A program made the position numbers and the translations under genes. From Haplodiscus bocki (Eukaryota), in contig OZ296648.1 of the NCBI GenBank assembly GCA_965655095.1, positions 172,422,001 through 172,486,000 on the forward strand: a DNA stretch of 64,000 nucleotides, read 5' to 3'. Of this stretch, positions 37,495 to 49,289 are shown piece by piece (position 1 is the first letter of the stretch; the number at the start of each line of letters is the position of its first letter). A model generated the notes under the pieces. It was not told the DNA's origin and searched no databases. It was given only the letters and a program-made list of their open reading frames with translations.

Positions 37495-40400
37495 CTTTGA
37501 TGTCTTTTCATTTCTGAGTAATTGGGGTTGAGATTTGGTCGTCAGTTGTGTTTTCCGCCGCGTGTGTTTTTGTCGTGTTGTAAACCAATCATATCTGATG
37601 TGGACGTCATATCTTTTATGTCCTCGGTATTAGTACTCTCTGTAGGGTTAGCTGGTGCTTGGTTGTCTCTTAGATGACTGTTGGAAGTTAGGTCAAAAAT
37701 TCTTTATTGGCCGTGCTATGACCTACTTCTCGGGAAGTTGCGCGGTCAACTCGCGGGTCAATCCTAGGATTCTGACCGTCATCACCTCTTCGGTCTCCAG
37801 GGTTAGTAGGAGTAATATTTTTGATAATTCCGCGCAAGTCAATTTTATCAAGATCTTTGTTGGGTATTGGATTATCAAAAAATAGCTCAAATTCAATGTT
37901 CCATGCTATTGTGTTCAAATCGTCTTGCGGTACTACTAAGTAAATGTCGCGTTGTAACTTTCTTTTTTAATATGAATCATCAAACGGTTGATCGCTTTTG
38001 TATTTACGTAGTATAATTGGGTGTAAAATTTGATTTTATTGAGTCGTCGAACGACATGATTACCGTTGGGTAGTACACTTTGAGTCACAAAAAGACCATA
38101 CTATCTCAGGTCTCGGAATGATATTTTTGATCCTTGGTGGTCTGCTTTGGTTCGTAAAATGTACCAATAGTCTTTTTCTTGGAGTAGGGAAGCTCTTGTT
38201 TCTTCGCCATATAAATGTTTGGTTTTAACATATGACTGCATGACGTTCTTTTAGGTTTTCGCATATAAAAACTGCGTTTGTCTGAGTAGTTCATCGGCGA
38301 AGTCTGTGGTCACCTTTTAGTTAGGTTCGAAGTTGAGTCCTATTTTATGATCAAGCATGTTGTAAGGATTTTAGCCTTGGAACACTCTAGTCGGCTCATA
38401 TCCCAGACTCGTATAGTAAGACGCGTTATAGTTTAAAACTGCTATTGCTAGGTACTTGCGCAATTTTTTTCGGTATTTAATTGTTGCCATTTTCGGTAAA
38501 GTTTTTTTGAGTCGCATGTGTTCTTTCCAGGACTCCTATTGTTTGTGCCTGTTTAGCAGTTGCGTGATTAAACGTTTTGCCAGATACTGCTGCTACCTCA
38601 CTAATGGCCTGAGATATGAAAATTGATCCGTTGTCTGTGATCATTAGTGTGGGTAGATACGCAAACCTTGTCATATATTTTATGTTGACTTCTGCTGTGT
38701 TTACTGCAGTGGGGTAGAGACTGGGTATGCAAAAGCTTTTCTCGATATTACGTCTGTTGCGGTGACAACGTTCTCGTAACCTCCACTGGATGGTAGTGCT
38801 GAAAGTAAGTCTGTTCGCATGGTATCTTCCGGTCCCAAGTCCCATTCCAGGACTTTTATTATTTCAGGCCTTAGTTTCATAGTATTGATTCGCTTGCTTT
38901 TGCTGCATGTTTCACAATAATGTACCCAATTTCGTGGGTTTTTGGCAATTGAAGGAAAATAGTATCTGCGTCGTATTTCTTGCATCATTTGGTCTATGCC
39001 ATGACGTTTGCTTCCTCCACCATGGAGTGGTTTCAAAAGGGTCGCGAGTGTTTGTACAATTAATTTTAATTTCAGGTAACTACTGTCACCTACTTCGTTG
39101 TTGTACTGTCTGTTAAGTATGTCATCTTTAAAAATGATGCGTTTTCTAATGCGGGAGTAGTGAATGTAACTTGCTTTGTTGAGGAGTACTTGGTCATCAA
39201 ATGGTAATCCGAGCATTTCTCGCGTGAAGTTCAGAAGGGCAGGATCGGAATCTTGCTCGATGAGTATGCGTGACGGTTTGTAGATATGTGCCATGTGTAT
39301 CATTGACGGTTCCCTGGGTAAACCAATGTGGTTGTTATGACCGGAAGTCGACTGGATGTGGTTTTTTGGATATCAGATTTGCAATGCTAAATGTCGTGCT
39401 CTGGAAGTTCTGTTAGGTCATCGTTGGTACTGAAGACTGGTTCTTCGAGTGCGATGCCTTTTGACTTCATGCTGGCTTCAATGGGTTTGATAGTTTTGTT
39501 TTCTCGTCTTCCTACAACTATTTTTTTCCATTCGAATCAGCTTTGAGTCTTGATGGGAACTTTGCCGCGGTGTTCAAGTTTCCAGGAATGTGTGCTTTTA
39601 AAAAGTTGAATGGCAATACAAAATCATATGCATTCCAAAATGGTGGCAGTATCATTTTGTTTGGAAGAATTTAGTGACTAATTTGCTGTCAGTATTGATA
39701 ATGGTGGCTTTAGTAGCGCCCAAAAAGATACGCCCAATTTCTTTTAGCGCTTAGTAAATAGCCAGAATTACTTTAGCGTAGATTGACATTTTGATGTGAG
39801 ACAGAATAGATGTTTTTGACCCGGAAGCGAATGGTGCATACGTTTCCATTGTTGATGTGTGCTTTTGGTTGGGATCGTCTTCGATTAAGTTTGCGTATCC
39901 GGCTACTTGGAAGCTAGCGGCCGTCATCAGCGGTTGCCGAAGGGCAAGTTGGCAACATGTATCTAATGTATATTGTTCAGGCTTCTGAATTTGTTCATAT
40001 ATTCTGCAGTAAAATTAATTTTTAACTTAGCATCAGTTGTGTTCAATATTTGACAAAATGGGGCAAATCTTTCAGCTATTTTCGGTATGTAAATTCTGTA
40101 GTAGTTTAGAAAGTCAATGTACTGATTTAAAGATTTTTGGATCGAAGGAACTCGAATTTACCTTAAAATTTCGGTAGTTTCCCCTTTTTGTGGGGTAACT
40201 ACCTTTGGTGTGATGATCCTTCCAAGGAAGTCAACCTGCTGTACTCCAAATTGGAATTTCGCTATTGTTAGTTTTAACCCGGTTTTTTGTATGCATGCAA
40301 AAACTGCTCGTAAGTTGCGAAGTATCTAATGACGGTTGTTAGCTGCAATGCCTATATCGTCGAAATTTTGCGCGTCTTAGTCTTCTTTGTTGATTTGATC

Positions 40401-42142
40401 AGGATATTCTCAAAAAATGCTGGAAAATGCCGAAAGAGATCTACTTAGGCCTTGAGCCTATCTACGATATGCAAACGTTAGACTGGCAAAGTTAACGGCT
40501 AGCATCTCCATTGATCTTTGATCTGCCATTTGTACGCTGTGATACGCGTGCGAACAATTTAATTTGCCAAACAATTTTCTCCCAGCCATATGTTGGGCAG
40601 CATCCGCCAGCGTACTGACGGGGTGGTTGTTGTTTTTATAATCGTCAGATATGAGGTTGTTGGTTTTTCTCAGATCGACCATTTTTCGAAGTTTTCCGTT
40701 GAGCGAAGACAGGGCCGGCATATTTACTAGTTGGTAGTGTTGTTATAACACGATGTTTCTGTAACAGAGCTAAATCTACCAGTATATCTTCCTTTAGGTT
40801 CAAAGGAGCCGGAAGACTTTGGCTGTATGCTGCTCTATCGTCGATGGGTGTCAATTTGATTTTGAAGTCCTCATTGATACCGATGTCGATTCGATACCTG
40901 GCGAAAATGTCATTGATTTGGACTAGTAGGTTCTCTATGGATGCTATCGTTTGTTCATTGAGAGTTGAATTTGTCCAATCAAAATTTCATAAGAACTGGT
41001 CTTGTGATTTTTGGATTGCTTGGGGATTGAGTCTCCCTAAATCCTCCGATGCATATAATTCCGGGAGGGTATGTTTTTGCATCGGTGTGTGTTCACTTGG
41101 GTTGCCTGGACTTCGCGGTGTGCAGAAGCAATGCTTGTGTCTACCCTGGTGGTTTTGAGCAAACTATTCACATTTTGTACGAAATCATCGTTTTTATTGT
41201 CCAGCAAGTGTCTAATGGGAGCTGGGTCGATTGGCTGGATGTATTTCATCTGCTCAGCAGTAAATTTTGAGAAGTTCCCAATGTGAGTTGCTTTCTCAAG
41301 TGTAAAAGGCTGATCTTGGAAGTTGTTGCTCTGAATCATTATTTGATGGTTTTTACAAGAGATTATGGAAGGGCAGATAAAGAGTTGGCCGTTGTTTTCA
41401 ATATGTTTTGATAGTTGTAATATCCCAGTTACCTCATGTTTTTGTATATTTGTGTTTCAACTCAAATTATTGTTCGTTTTCCGGGTTGGAGTACAATGTC
41501 GCGTGAGTTAAGTACACGTCCGTTGACGTTTGGGTACGAATTGTTGGCATCTTTGAGGTGCTTGGAAAAAGACGGGAAGTTAAGAATTCCTGGTCTCATA
41601 CCCAATACAGTGCCGTTGCGTTGCACGAATAAGAGTCCAACTAAGGGGTTGGTTAAATTGGCCATAACTACAAAACGCTCCACAATTGTAATATCAACCA
41701 CTTCTGATTGCAGTTCTGTCGTAGCAGTAGGTATTTCCAATTGTCGGTTGACCACAACGATTTAAAAAACTGATGAGGGACTTTCCTTTAAGAGTTTCTT
41801 GGGTGCAAACTGCTTGATTTGTTCTGAGTTGGCTTCAGAGATAGCGCCAGATAGTGCACCCGTATCGATTAGGCCGTCAATTGTTAAGTCCTCGAAATCC
41901 AATAGAAAGTGCAACATCTTCCTTTTATTTATAAGATGAAGGTTTGTCGAAAGTGGTAGGAACCTTATCCTTCCATCAGGGTTTGATTTCAAATGTAGTT
42001 TAACTTCACTGTTTGTGACTGGTTGTTGCCTGGGTTTTTTTGGATGGACAAAAGCTGTAAAGTGAGGTTGTGGTGATGTACCGGGCATTTGAGGAATAAT
42101 GGTCCAAAAGTCTAATAACGCATGTCGTAGCGTATCTGACAC
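37495..42142 (-). pseudogene. Gypsy pol (aspartic protease, possible dUTPase-like insert, RT, RNase H, integrase), frameshifted
   Basis: Protease LIDTGALS (DTG at 41858-41866). RT VDLRKTN..FGKLNCSHAYH..FAYRRL and FDDIGIAAN (~40355). RNase H MTAASFQVAGY (~39910). Integrase H..H..WVHYCETC, LMITDNGSIF, IGVLERTHA. C-terminal RPNLNPNYS (~37520). Confidence 0.9.
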
Positions 42143-42699
42143 GTGTGGTTTGATATTGACATCGTTGTTTTGGATATACTTTGCCGGTTTACTATAGTTA
42201 TGGCGATATTTTAAACTGTCTTTATCGTTCTTGTGGTCCTCCCAATACGGGTCAAATCCGTATTGGTGGTATATGAATGTCTCTTCTTAGGCGTCGATTT
42301 GTGGTATTGGTCTGAATGTGGAGTCTGATTTCTGTGTAAACTCGATTTGGTATTGAGGTTAAGATTTATTTATTAGGCGCAGTTTATTAAATCGAATAAT
42401 TTTGGGTTTTTTCATCTGTTACTGCCAGACAAAAGATGAATTTCCGTTGCAATTATTTTTTGGTGAATATCATAGTAGTTATTGCGTGGGTCTGATATGA
42501 TATAGCGTCTTGTCGTGGTTACATCTGCTCATTGGAGTTGTGCATTTGGTAGTTTAAAGGGTCTTTTAATACCGATGGAAATGTATTTTGTGTAGATATG
42601 CTTTCTGTGAGGCTGTCTTAGTTGTCACGGAGCGATGGGTGTTGTTTAAATTTTTGTGCTGTGTTGGCGGCGTTGGGACCGTTCTAACACTTCTCAGAA

Positions 42700-43700
42700 C
42701 GATATATTCTCCTTTGAGAATGTGGACAAAGGGAGAATGTTTTAGGTGTGGAAAAGTTCACTTTTTGCGTGGGGTCCTGTTTTTGTTCTTGGTTTTTTTC
42801 AAAATCTTCTGCGACAAGCTTTGATTAAATGACTCAAATTTTTACAGTAAAGGCTGAACGTCTTGAAAAGGTCAGGTTTTTTTCGCTGTCCCTTGTTGTC
42901 GCTACTGTCATAGTGGGTATGGGGAGTTCTCCGTCTTTTTCTATGCCACTAAGTTATAGTTCCTTTTCCGAGTGGGCCACTATTTGATCATAAGTGCCAT
43001 TTTCGAGGTGTTCTAAGTTAATTGACCTTTTCAAGTGTGGTGGCATTTCGGTTTAAATATAACTGTCGGTCATTTGTTGGGTTTGATCACCAAATGCTCG
43101 TTCCACGTACTCATTGAGTTCTTCTAGAAAATCTATTTGGTTCAAATGTGAGCTTGTGCCATTTGTGTTTAGCAGGTGCTCGTGATTCGAGTTTAACGTA
43201 TTTCCCTAGATGTTTTATGAGTACCTTTTCAAGAGATGTTTTGTTGGTCGCCTTGATGTTGGAATATAATTATACTGCTTCTTTTACCAAATGTGATTTA
43301 AAATGATTCATTTTCATTGCATGTGTCATTTCTGTTTGCATTTTAGGCATTGTGTGGAACAGGTCTTCGCATAATTCGAATTTCCCACTCCTCCCATCAA
43401 GCATTAACGTGTTTGTGGATGCTGGTTTTAAAATTACAGATGTTGTAAGGTGTTGTTGGGATGCCATTCCAGTGATTGCCTCAGCTAATCTATTAATTGA
43501 TGTATTGTGGTGATTGGATGCTCGTTTGTGGTTGTTTTCTAATATAGGCAAAGTGGTACATCGTGAGAGTTGTCTAATCATGTTTTGTGGTTGTGTAGGT
43601 TCACGGTGCGTTGAAACGTGCCCGGAGAGGAAATCAGAAATTTCTTGTGGGGCGCTTTGTCCTGTCACCATGTGATGAGTCTACGTTTCCCGATCAATGT
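42700..43700 (-). pseudogene. Gypsy gag (family A), frameshifted
   Basis: LDGRSGKFELCEDLFHTMPKMQTEMTHAMKMNHFKSHLVKEA is homologous by eye to FDGKSEKFEMFEDLFQT..LNYFHS at 46578-46790. It lies just upstream of the protease. Confidence 0.8.
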
Positions 43701-45411
43701 TCTTCTCGTTGACCAGCAAATCACTTTCCTCTAAAGTTATAATACCAAGAGTCTCATCAATCGATTTTGTGTCCCTATGCTAGTTTTTCCACTTGGAGTG
43801 GTCATTTGTAGGCTTTAAAATTTACTCAAAAAGTCCATCTGATCAGGTGCCAAAACATTAACGTCAACATTCCATCCTGAAGGCGCATTGGCTGACATCA
43901 TGGCCAATTCCACTCTAGGAATCACTAATTTTTCTATTGCAGTCAATACCGCGTCTTGGATTCTAGTTTCGACTGATGTCATCACATTGTCCATTTCACT
44001 TCGTACCTAACTAACAAAATTTTCCTCAAATGTGTGCACATCTACTTGTACGTGAAAAAATTGAGTTGGGTTGCTTGTTTTGTCCGAAGAAGTACCTCTA
44101 CATATCATGTTACCTCTACTTTCGGTTTGCGCCTCTGGATTGCTTTTTCCAATCTGAAAATCAGTGTCTCGTTCACATAGCTGGCTAAAAAACCTTTTGT
44201 TCTGCTGTTTTTTTTGGTAGAAACCATTTTTACATCAACAATTGAATTAACCAATGATGTTGGATAAAGTAACAAATCAACAGGAATTGAAGATCAACCA
44301 GAAAATTGAGTAAAAAATCAGTTTGGAATGATTTCAGAATCAACTTGTTCTCGCTGTCACTAAATTCGTTGCTTCAGTTTTCTCGGTCAATTGTCGGTCG
44401 CGACTTCTCTTATGACCCATCATTCGACTTCCAATCAAAACAAGTTTTTCCATGTTGCCACAAATAAAACTGCAACTAAAACTGAATATATATAGCATCA
44501 AAAGAAAAATAGCGTTTTACATGACATCAGGCTATAAATAGCAACAACACATTACTACCCCAAATGGCATATATTTGTTTTTCCTGCAAGGTAACGTTTC
44601 CTTGGAAAATGCATGTGTTCATTTATAAAGGCTTCAATGAGGTCACTCTAACTATTTATGTGGTTAAAGGGTGTGTTCAGACGCTCTTGGTAGTGTTTTG
44701 GGCTTGCTCAGGTCTTGGGTCAAAATTAGGATGCGTGATTGGTGTTTCTCTACATAACTAGGTTTAAGAGCGGTCAATAAAGGTTATTTTGACCGACATT
44801 TACAGCATAGCTTCGAAGTGGTAAATGATTGGTCAGAGTGTTATTTAAGGACATATATGGGTTCTATTCACGTAAAATGATATTGCTTCACAATTTCGTT
44901 TCCTTGAATGAAATATGAATGACATACATGGACAACACAAAATTTTTGTAGAAAGGTTATTATATATAAATTATATTTTGTCTTGATTTATTCCGCGGCG
45001 GGGTGGTTATTTCGAAATGATCCTTTTATACGCAAAGCTCTTTTATGGTACCAAAGAAGTTACGTACAGCGCATTAAAAGTCCAGTTAGTTGTTTCACTG
45101 CGTAGGATTTTACTTCGTTGGTAGGTCGTCAGCCGCTCAAAAGACTTACTTTGTTTCGCCAGCTTTTTTTAGCGCCGGTCAAAAAGCATTCACTGCTTGC
45201 TATTTTTACCGCTAATTGAGTTTGAGTAATACGCACTGCCATATTTGGGTGAATATAGATTTATCCTTTCAGCCATACAGAATAAAGTAGCGCCAAAATC
45301 GATTGTTCGCGTCGCAGTACAGTATTTAGATTTGTTCATGCCTTTAATTTGACATTGGCGAAAAATCGTAAGGATTTACTTGACACGTATAATAATATGA
45401 GATTCGTTACT
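43572..45411 (-). repeat. LTR-like region plus 5' leader of Gypsy family A, right copy
   Basis: Direct repeat of 29610-31456 (offset ~13.96 kb). Homology ends at GTTACT (45411) vs GTTACA (31456). Confidence 0.85.
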
Positions 45412-45423
45412 ATAGGAAAAAAG

Positions 45424-46095
45424 GTTTCGTCAACCGTTGTTGATGAGTTATCGGGAGATTGGGTATCAGGTTTACTGTGGGGGGTTGTGTGCCGTCAACT
45501 GTTTTTTCGCCCTGGATGATCATGGGTTGGTTTTTGGCGTTATATGCATCGGAAGAGTTGGCTGTAAATTATTGTTCGGCGGAAGAGCATAATGTTGAAC
45601 CACTTCCGTTACTTCAAATGAAGACTGGGTGAACAACCATAGGCTCGTCTTCTTCAAAACTAAATTGTGTTGGTTATTCTATCATCGTTTTTATTAAAAT
45701 GCCTTGAAACCGTTTTTTACGGCTTTTAAAAAGAAGTTTTCAATATTTTTGTAAATTTTATCGAATTGTGCTCTGAGAGATTATTTGAATGGAATATTTC
45801 GGTAAGTTTTTAGGGAAAACAATTTTCGAACAATCCCTCGGAAAACGTTGTCCAATAAGAGTACTTGATGTATTTGGGTGAATATTTCGTATCCATCGTG
45901 AGGTTGTACTGTCTTGAATAGGTTTGGCGCCATCTTCACAGTTTCTTCGAAGTCGCTAATCATGACAATCAGGTGAATTCTTTATTAATTGATCAAAGTG
46001 ACCGAAAGTTTAACTTCGCGCTTGGTCTTTGATATGTCGGTATGAAAGTATCAACCAATCAGAGAATGTTGGTAAATGTTGAGGAAAACTAATGT
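45424..46095 (-). repeat. Second copy of the family A 3' accessory region
   Basis: Colinear with 32025-32690, e.g. FEETVKMAPNLFKTVQPHDGYEIF vs FEEAVKMARNLFMTVQPNVGYGIF. Confidence 0.85.
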
Positions 46096-46099
46096 AGCT

Positions 46100-48500
46100 G
46101 ACGCTGATTTCTATAATTTCCCGATTTTTTACAGTGTTGGTACGTTGGTTTGGGTCTGTCGGCAAGTGTGTTTGGGCATTTTGGCTCACTGTGTTTACTT
46201 GTAGCCCGTCAGGAGCCTCCAACCCATTTAGTTCTAATTCCTTTTCCAGGTGTGTTACAATCTGCTCATATGCGCAAGTCTCCAAAAAGGCCTGATTTAT
46301 TGTTTTTTTCAGGTGTGGTGGCGTTTTGGCATATATGAATTGTTCGATGATGCCATGAGGAGCAATTTTGAATGCGTGTTTCGCTAGTCTTTCGAGTTCG
46401 TCAAAATGTCCAATAACTTTTGGTTTGGTGGGTTGAAGATGATTTTGTGGTTTTTGTGTTTTGCTGTAGCCATGGACTGAGGCTTGATGTACTTCGTACG
46501 GAAAACTGCCAGAATCTCTCCCCATTTCTCTTGGGTTGGGCCGTTAATGTTTTTGAATGTCTGTAGCGCATCTCCTCTCAAGCCTTCATGATAGAGTGGA
46601 AGTAGTTCAATCTGTCATCTTCAATCAGCTGATTATGAATTTGGAGGCTCGTTTGGAAAAGATCTTCAAACATCTCAAACTTCTCAGATTTCCCGTCAAA
46701 TGTGGGTATCGTTGTGGTGAACAATTTTGGCAATCTGGAATTTCTGTTGATATTGTTATGAAAACTTGCAGAATTGTTGTTGTTTGCCAACTACTGAAGG
46801 GCCAACAAAATTTAGTCTGCTCCGATTGTTGCAGGGGTGTTCTCATCGTGGAATTGCGGTTGACTGGTACAGAGTTTCTTTTTCTGCTTTGCTGAAGATT
46901 TACTGAGGGAGCAGTATGTGACTTCCTCCTGAACTCCTGTCACCATGTCATAGCCATTTTCTAAGCCAGAGTTTTGTGTCGCCTGGCTCTGCAGGCGACC
47001 CACTTCAGGATGAAGGTCACTCTGGGAGTCATCCTCATTTGATCCCTGATTTGCGCTATATGTGTTCCGGGACGTCTCCGGAGTTGCCTTGAAATAGCGG
47101 GTTCATGAGAAAGTCATCAAAGCGGAATACATCGGCTAATATGCGGTTTTCCATCCTACTAAATTCCTGGGTCAATTTCTTTGTGACTCTTCCCCCAATT
47201 TGTCCAAAAACTTGAGTTATATAGCCATCTTGCGATCTGGGAACATTCAAGCTTTGTGCCAAATTGCTCCTAGAATGTTCCTCACAGTTTTCTTTGTTCA
47301 ATGCTGCAAGCTTTCTTTTAGTCCTCAGAGTTGCCATTTTCCACGGGAAAGTGATTCTCAGTGAATACTAATCGATTGTTTTTAACTAAAGTGGAAATCA
47401 GTTGATTGTTATACAGTCTTTGAATATTACAATATAGGGAAGTAAAAATACTGGGTAATATAGTCAGTACCGCAGATGATAACAATCTCGTTATCTTTTG
47501 TACTTTCATTTTTCTTTTTCTTACCATTTCCTTGGCGGGAAACATAATTGTTTACACGCTGAGTCAAGGTACAAATAGGGAAAACTATTTTATAAATTAC
47601 AACATCAAAATCAGAATGCCGACTCTGGCGGGAAAAAAAAACAACTTTTCCAGCCGTCTTTTCCTTCATAGGACTCGCTTTTTTCATCTTTTGAGAGAAA
47701 ATGGACGGACCTAATCCGTCACAGGTGGACATCCAAGTGTTTATTCCCGCGCTCACCTGTTGTCTACAGTCAGAAAAAATATATTGCATAAATGGGGAAA
47801 AGTTTATATATTTCCATAGTCAAAAAAAAAACAAAATGTATGGTTTAAAAATGGAAATAATACTATTGGGTAAGAAATAGATTTAAAAGGTATAACTAAT
47901 CATCACCTTCTTGCTCATTTTATCATTATTTGTAGCAGTTCATCAGTTTTTATTCTTTAGAAATGAGGAGAAACTAAAAGCACTACTAGTTTACTCCTCA
48001 TTCATACGAGTAGCGACCAGTGGTTCCCGGATAATTCCGTATTCACTAGTAGTGGCAGCGGTCTGAGCTCAAATGAAGAGTGAATCCGGAATCACTCCGT
48101 ACTCACCACAGCACTGCAGCACAGCATAGTTAGAATAGTATGAATGACGTCACCAGACTAGTAGCGATGGAACACGTACGGAACAAATACACTCCGAGAA
48201 TCAAAACACTTAAAATCAGTTAATCTGCTTATTACATCAGTCTGTTTGCAGTCTGAACTTAAACTGCATTTAATGCAATTAATCAATTAGTGAGATTTCT
48301 TTGAGAAAGGTGGATTTATTATAGTATTTAGATAATTGTAATAATATAAAAATAGCACCTTCTAGGTTAATAACACTCTATGAATACTCGTTTGTTCCGT
48401 ATCGGTTCCATCCTAGTCCGGATCAGTTTGGTTCCAAATAAATACGTACCAATACATATGTCCATTTGTTATGGATACGTATCAGATACGTATTCGTATA
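46100..48500 (-). mobile_element. 5' part of Gypsy family B element (LTR/leader plus gag), truncated after the zinc knuckle
   Basis: gag MATLRTKRKLAAL (47337), PTFDGKSEKFEMFEDLF, RGDALQTFKNI, KPQSMATAKHK, and a degenerate knuckle YQHCKKSGNYRNQ (~46120). Confidence 0.85.
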
Positions 48501-49289
48501 TATGCACAATAGTTAAAAATGCGTTTTACAGTAATAGTTCAGAGTTTTGATTGAAAGTGTGTCGTGTTTGAGTGTGTTCTGAGCATTAGGGTGTCTTTAT
48601 TGTTAGTAGGGGCTGGCAGCATGCCTCCCAGGTGTGCTGCGACATAATTCAAATACAGATCACAAAGGAAGCGGTTTCCACAAGAGTTTAATTGACCACT
48701 ATTTGGTTACTAATCACTAAGTGATGTTGCTTGCAACTGTTTGTCTTCCCCGAGTTCTTGGTTTAACTAAAACCAAACTCAATTACTTCACAAAATTACA
48801 AGTCACGGAAAAAACCAAAATTGAAGTCAGTTTTCATAATGTATGACAAACAATAGATGTCATACCCCGAGTAGTCAACCACGGACTCGGGCATGCCGAA
48901 GCATCTGCAGGGGCTAACAATTTAAACGAACGAGAAACGGGGTTGTTTGGAAATTCTCGATGAGCAAATTATTTGTTTCCTCCACCAAGTCGAGTCTCTC
49001 CAGTTGGAGAATTGCCTGCGAAGAAGTCACGCATAAAAGTAATTGATTTCATTCAAACATTAGAAAATCCTTTAGCTTTGCAGAACTTGGGAAAACCCGC
49101 AGTAATTTTCTGGTTTTCAGCTTTTGAGATCTGGAAACTGTCGCAGTATACCCGCGAAGCCTACGGGCATAAAGAAAGAAAAGGACATCCCCGGATTGCC
49201 TGAAAATTAGAAGAAACTGTATTGAAACTTTAGACTTTTCTATTTCCATTCATATAATAATATTGCAGTATTATATCATTGCTTTTACA

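Larger units (their letters stand above)
31457..45411 (-). mobile_element. Large (~14 kb) decayed Ty3/Gypsy retrotransposon unit, family A
   Basis: Order on the minus strand: LTR/leader, gag, protease, RT, RNase H, integrase (Gypsy order), then an antisense gene and a long 3' accessory region, then the next LTR/leader copy. Confidence 0.8.
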
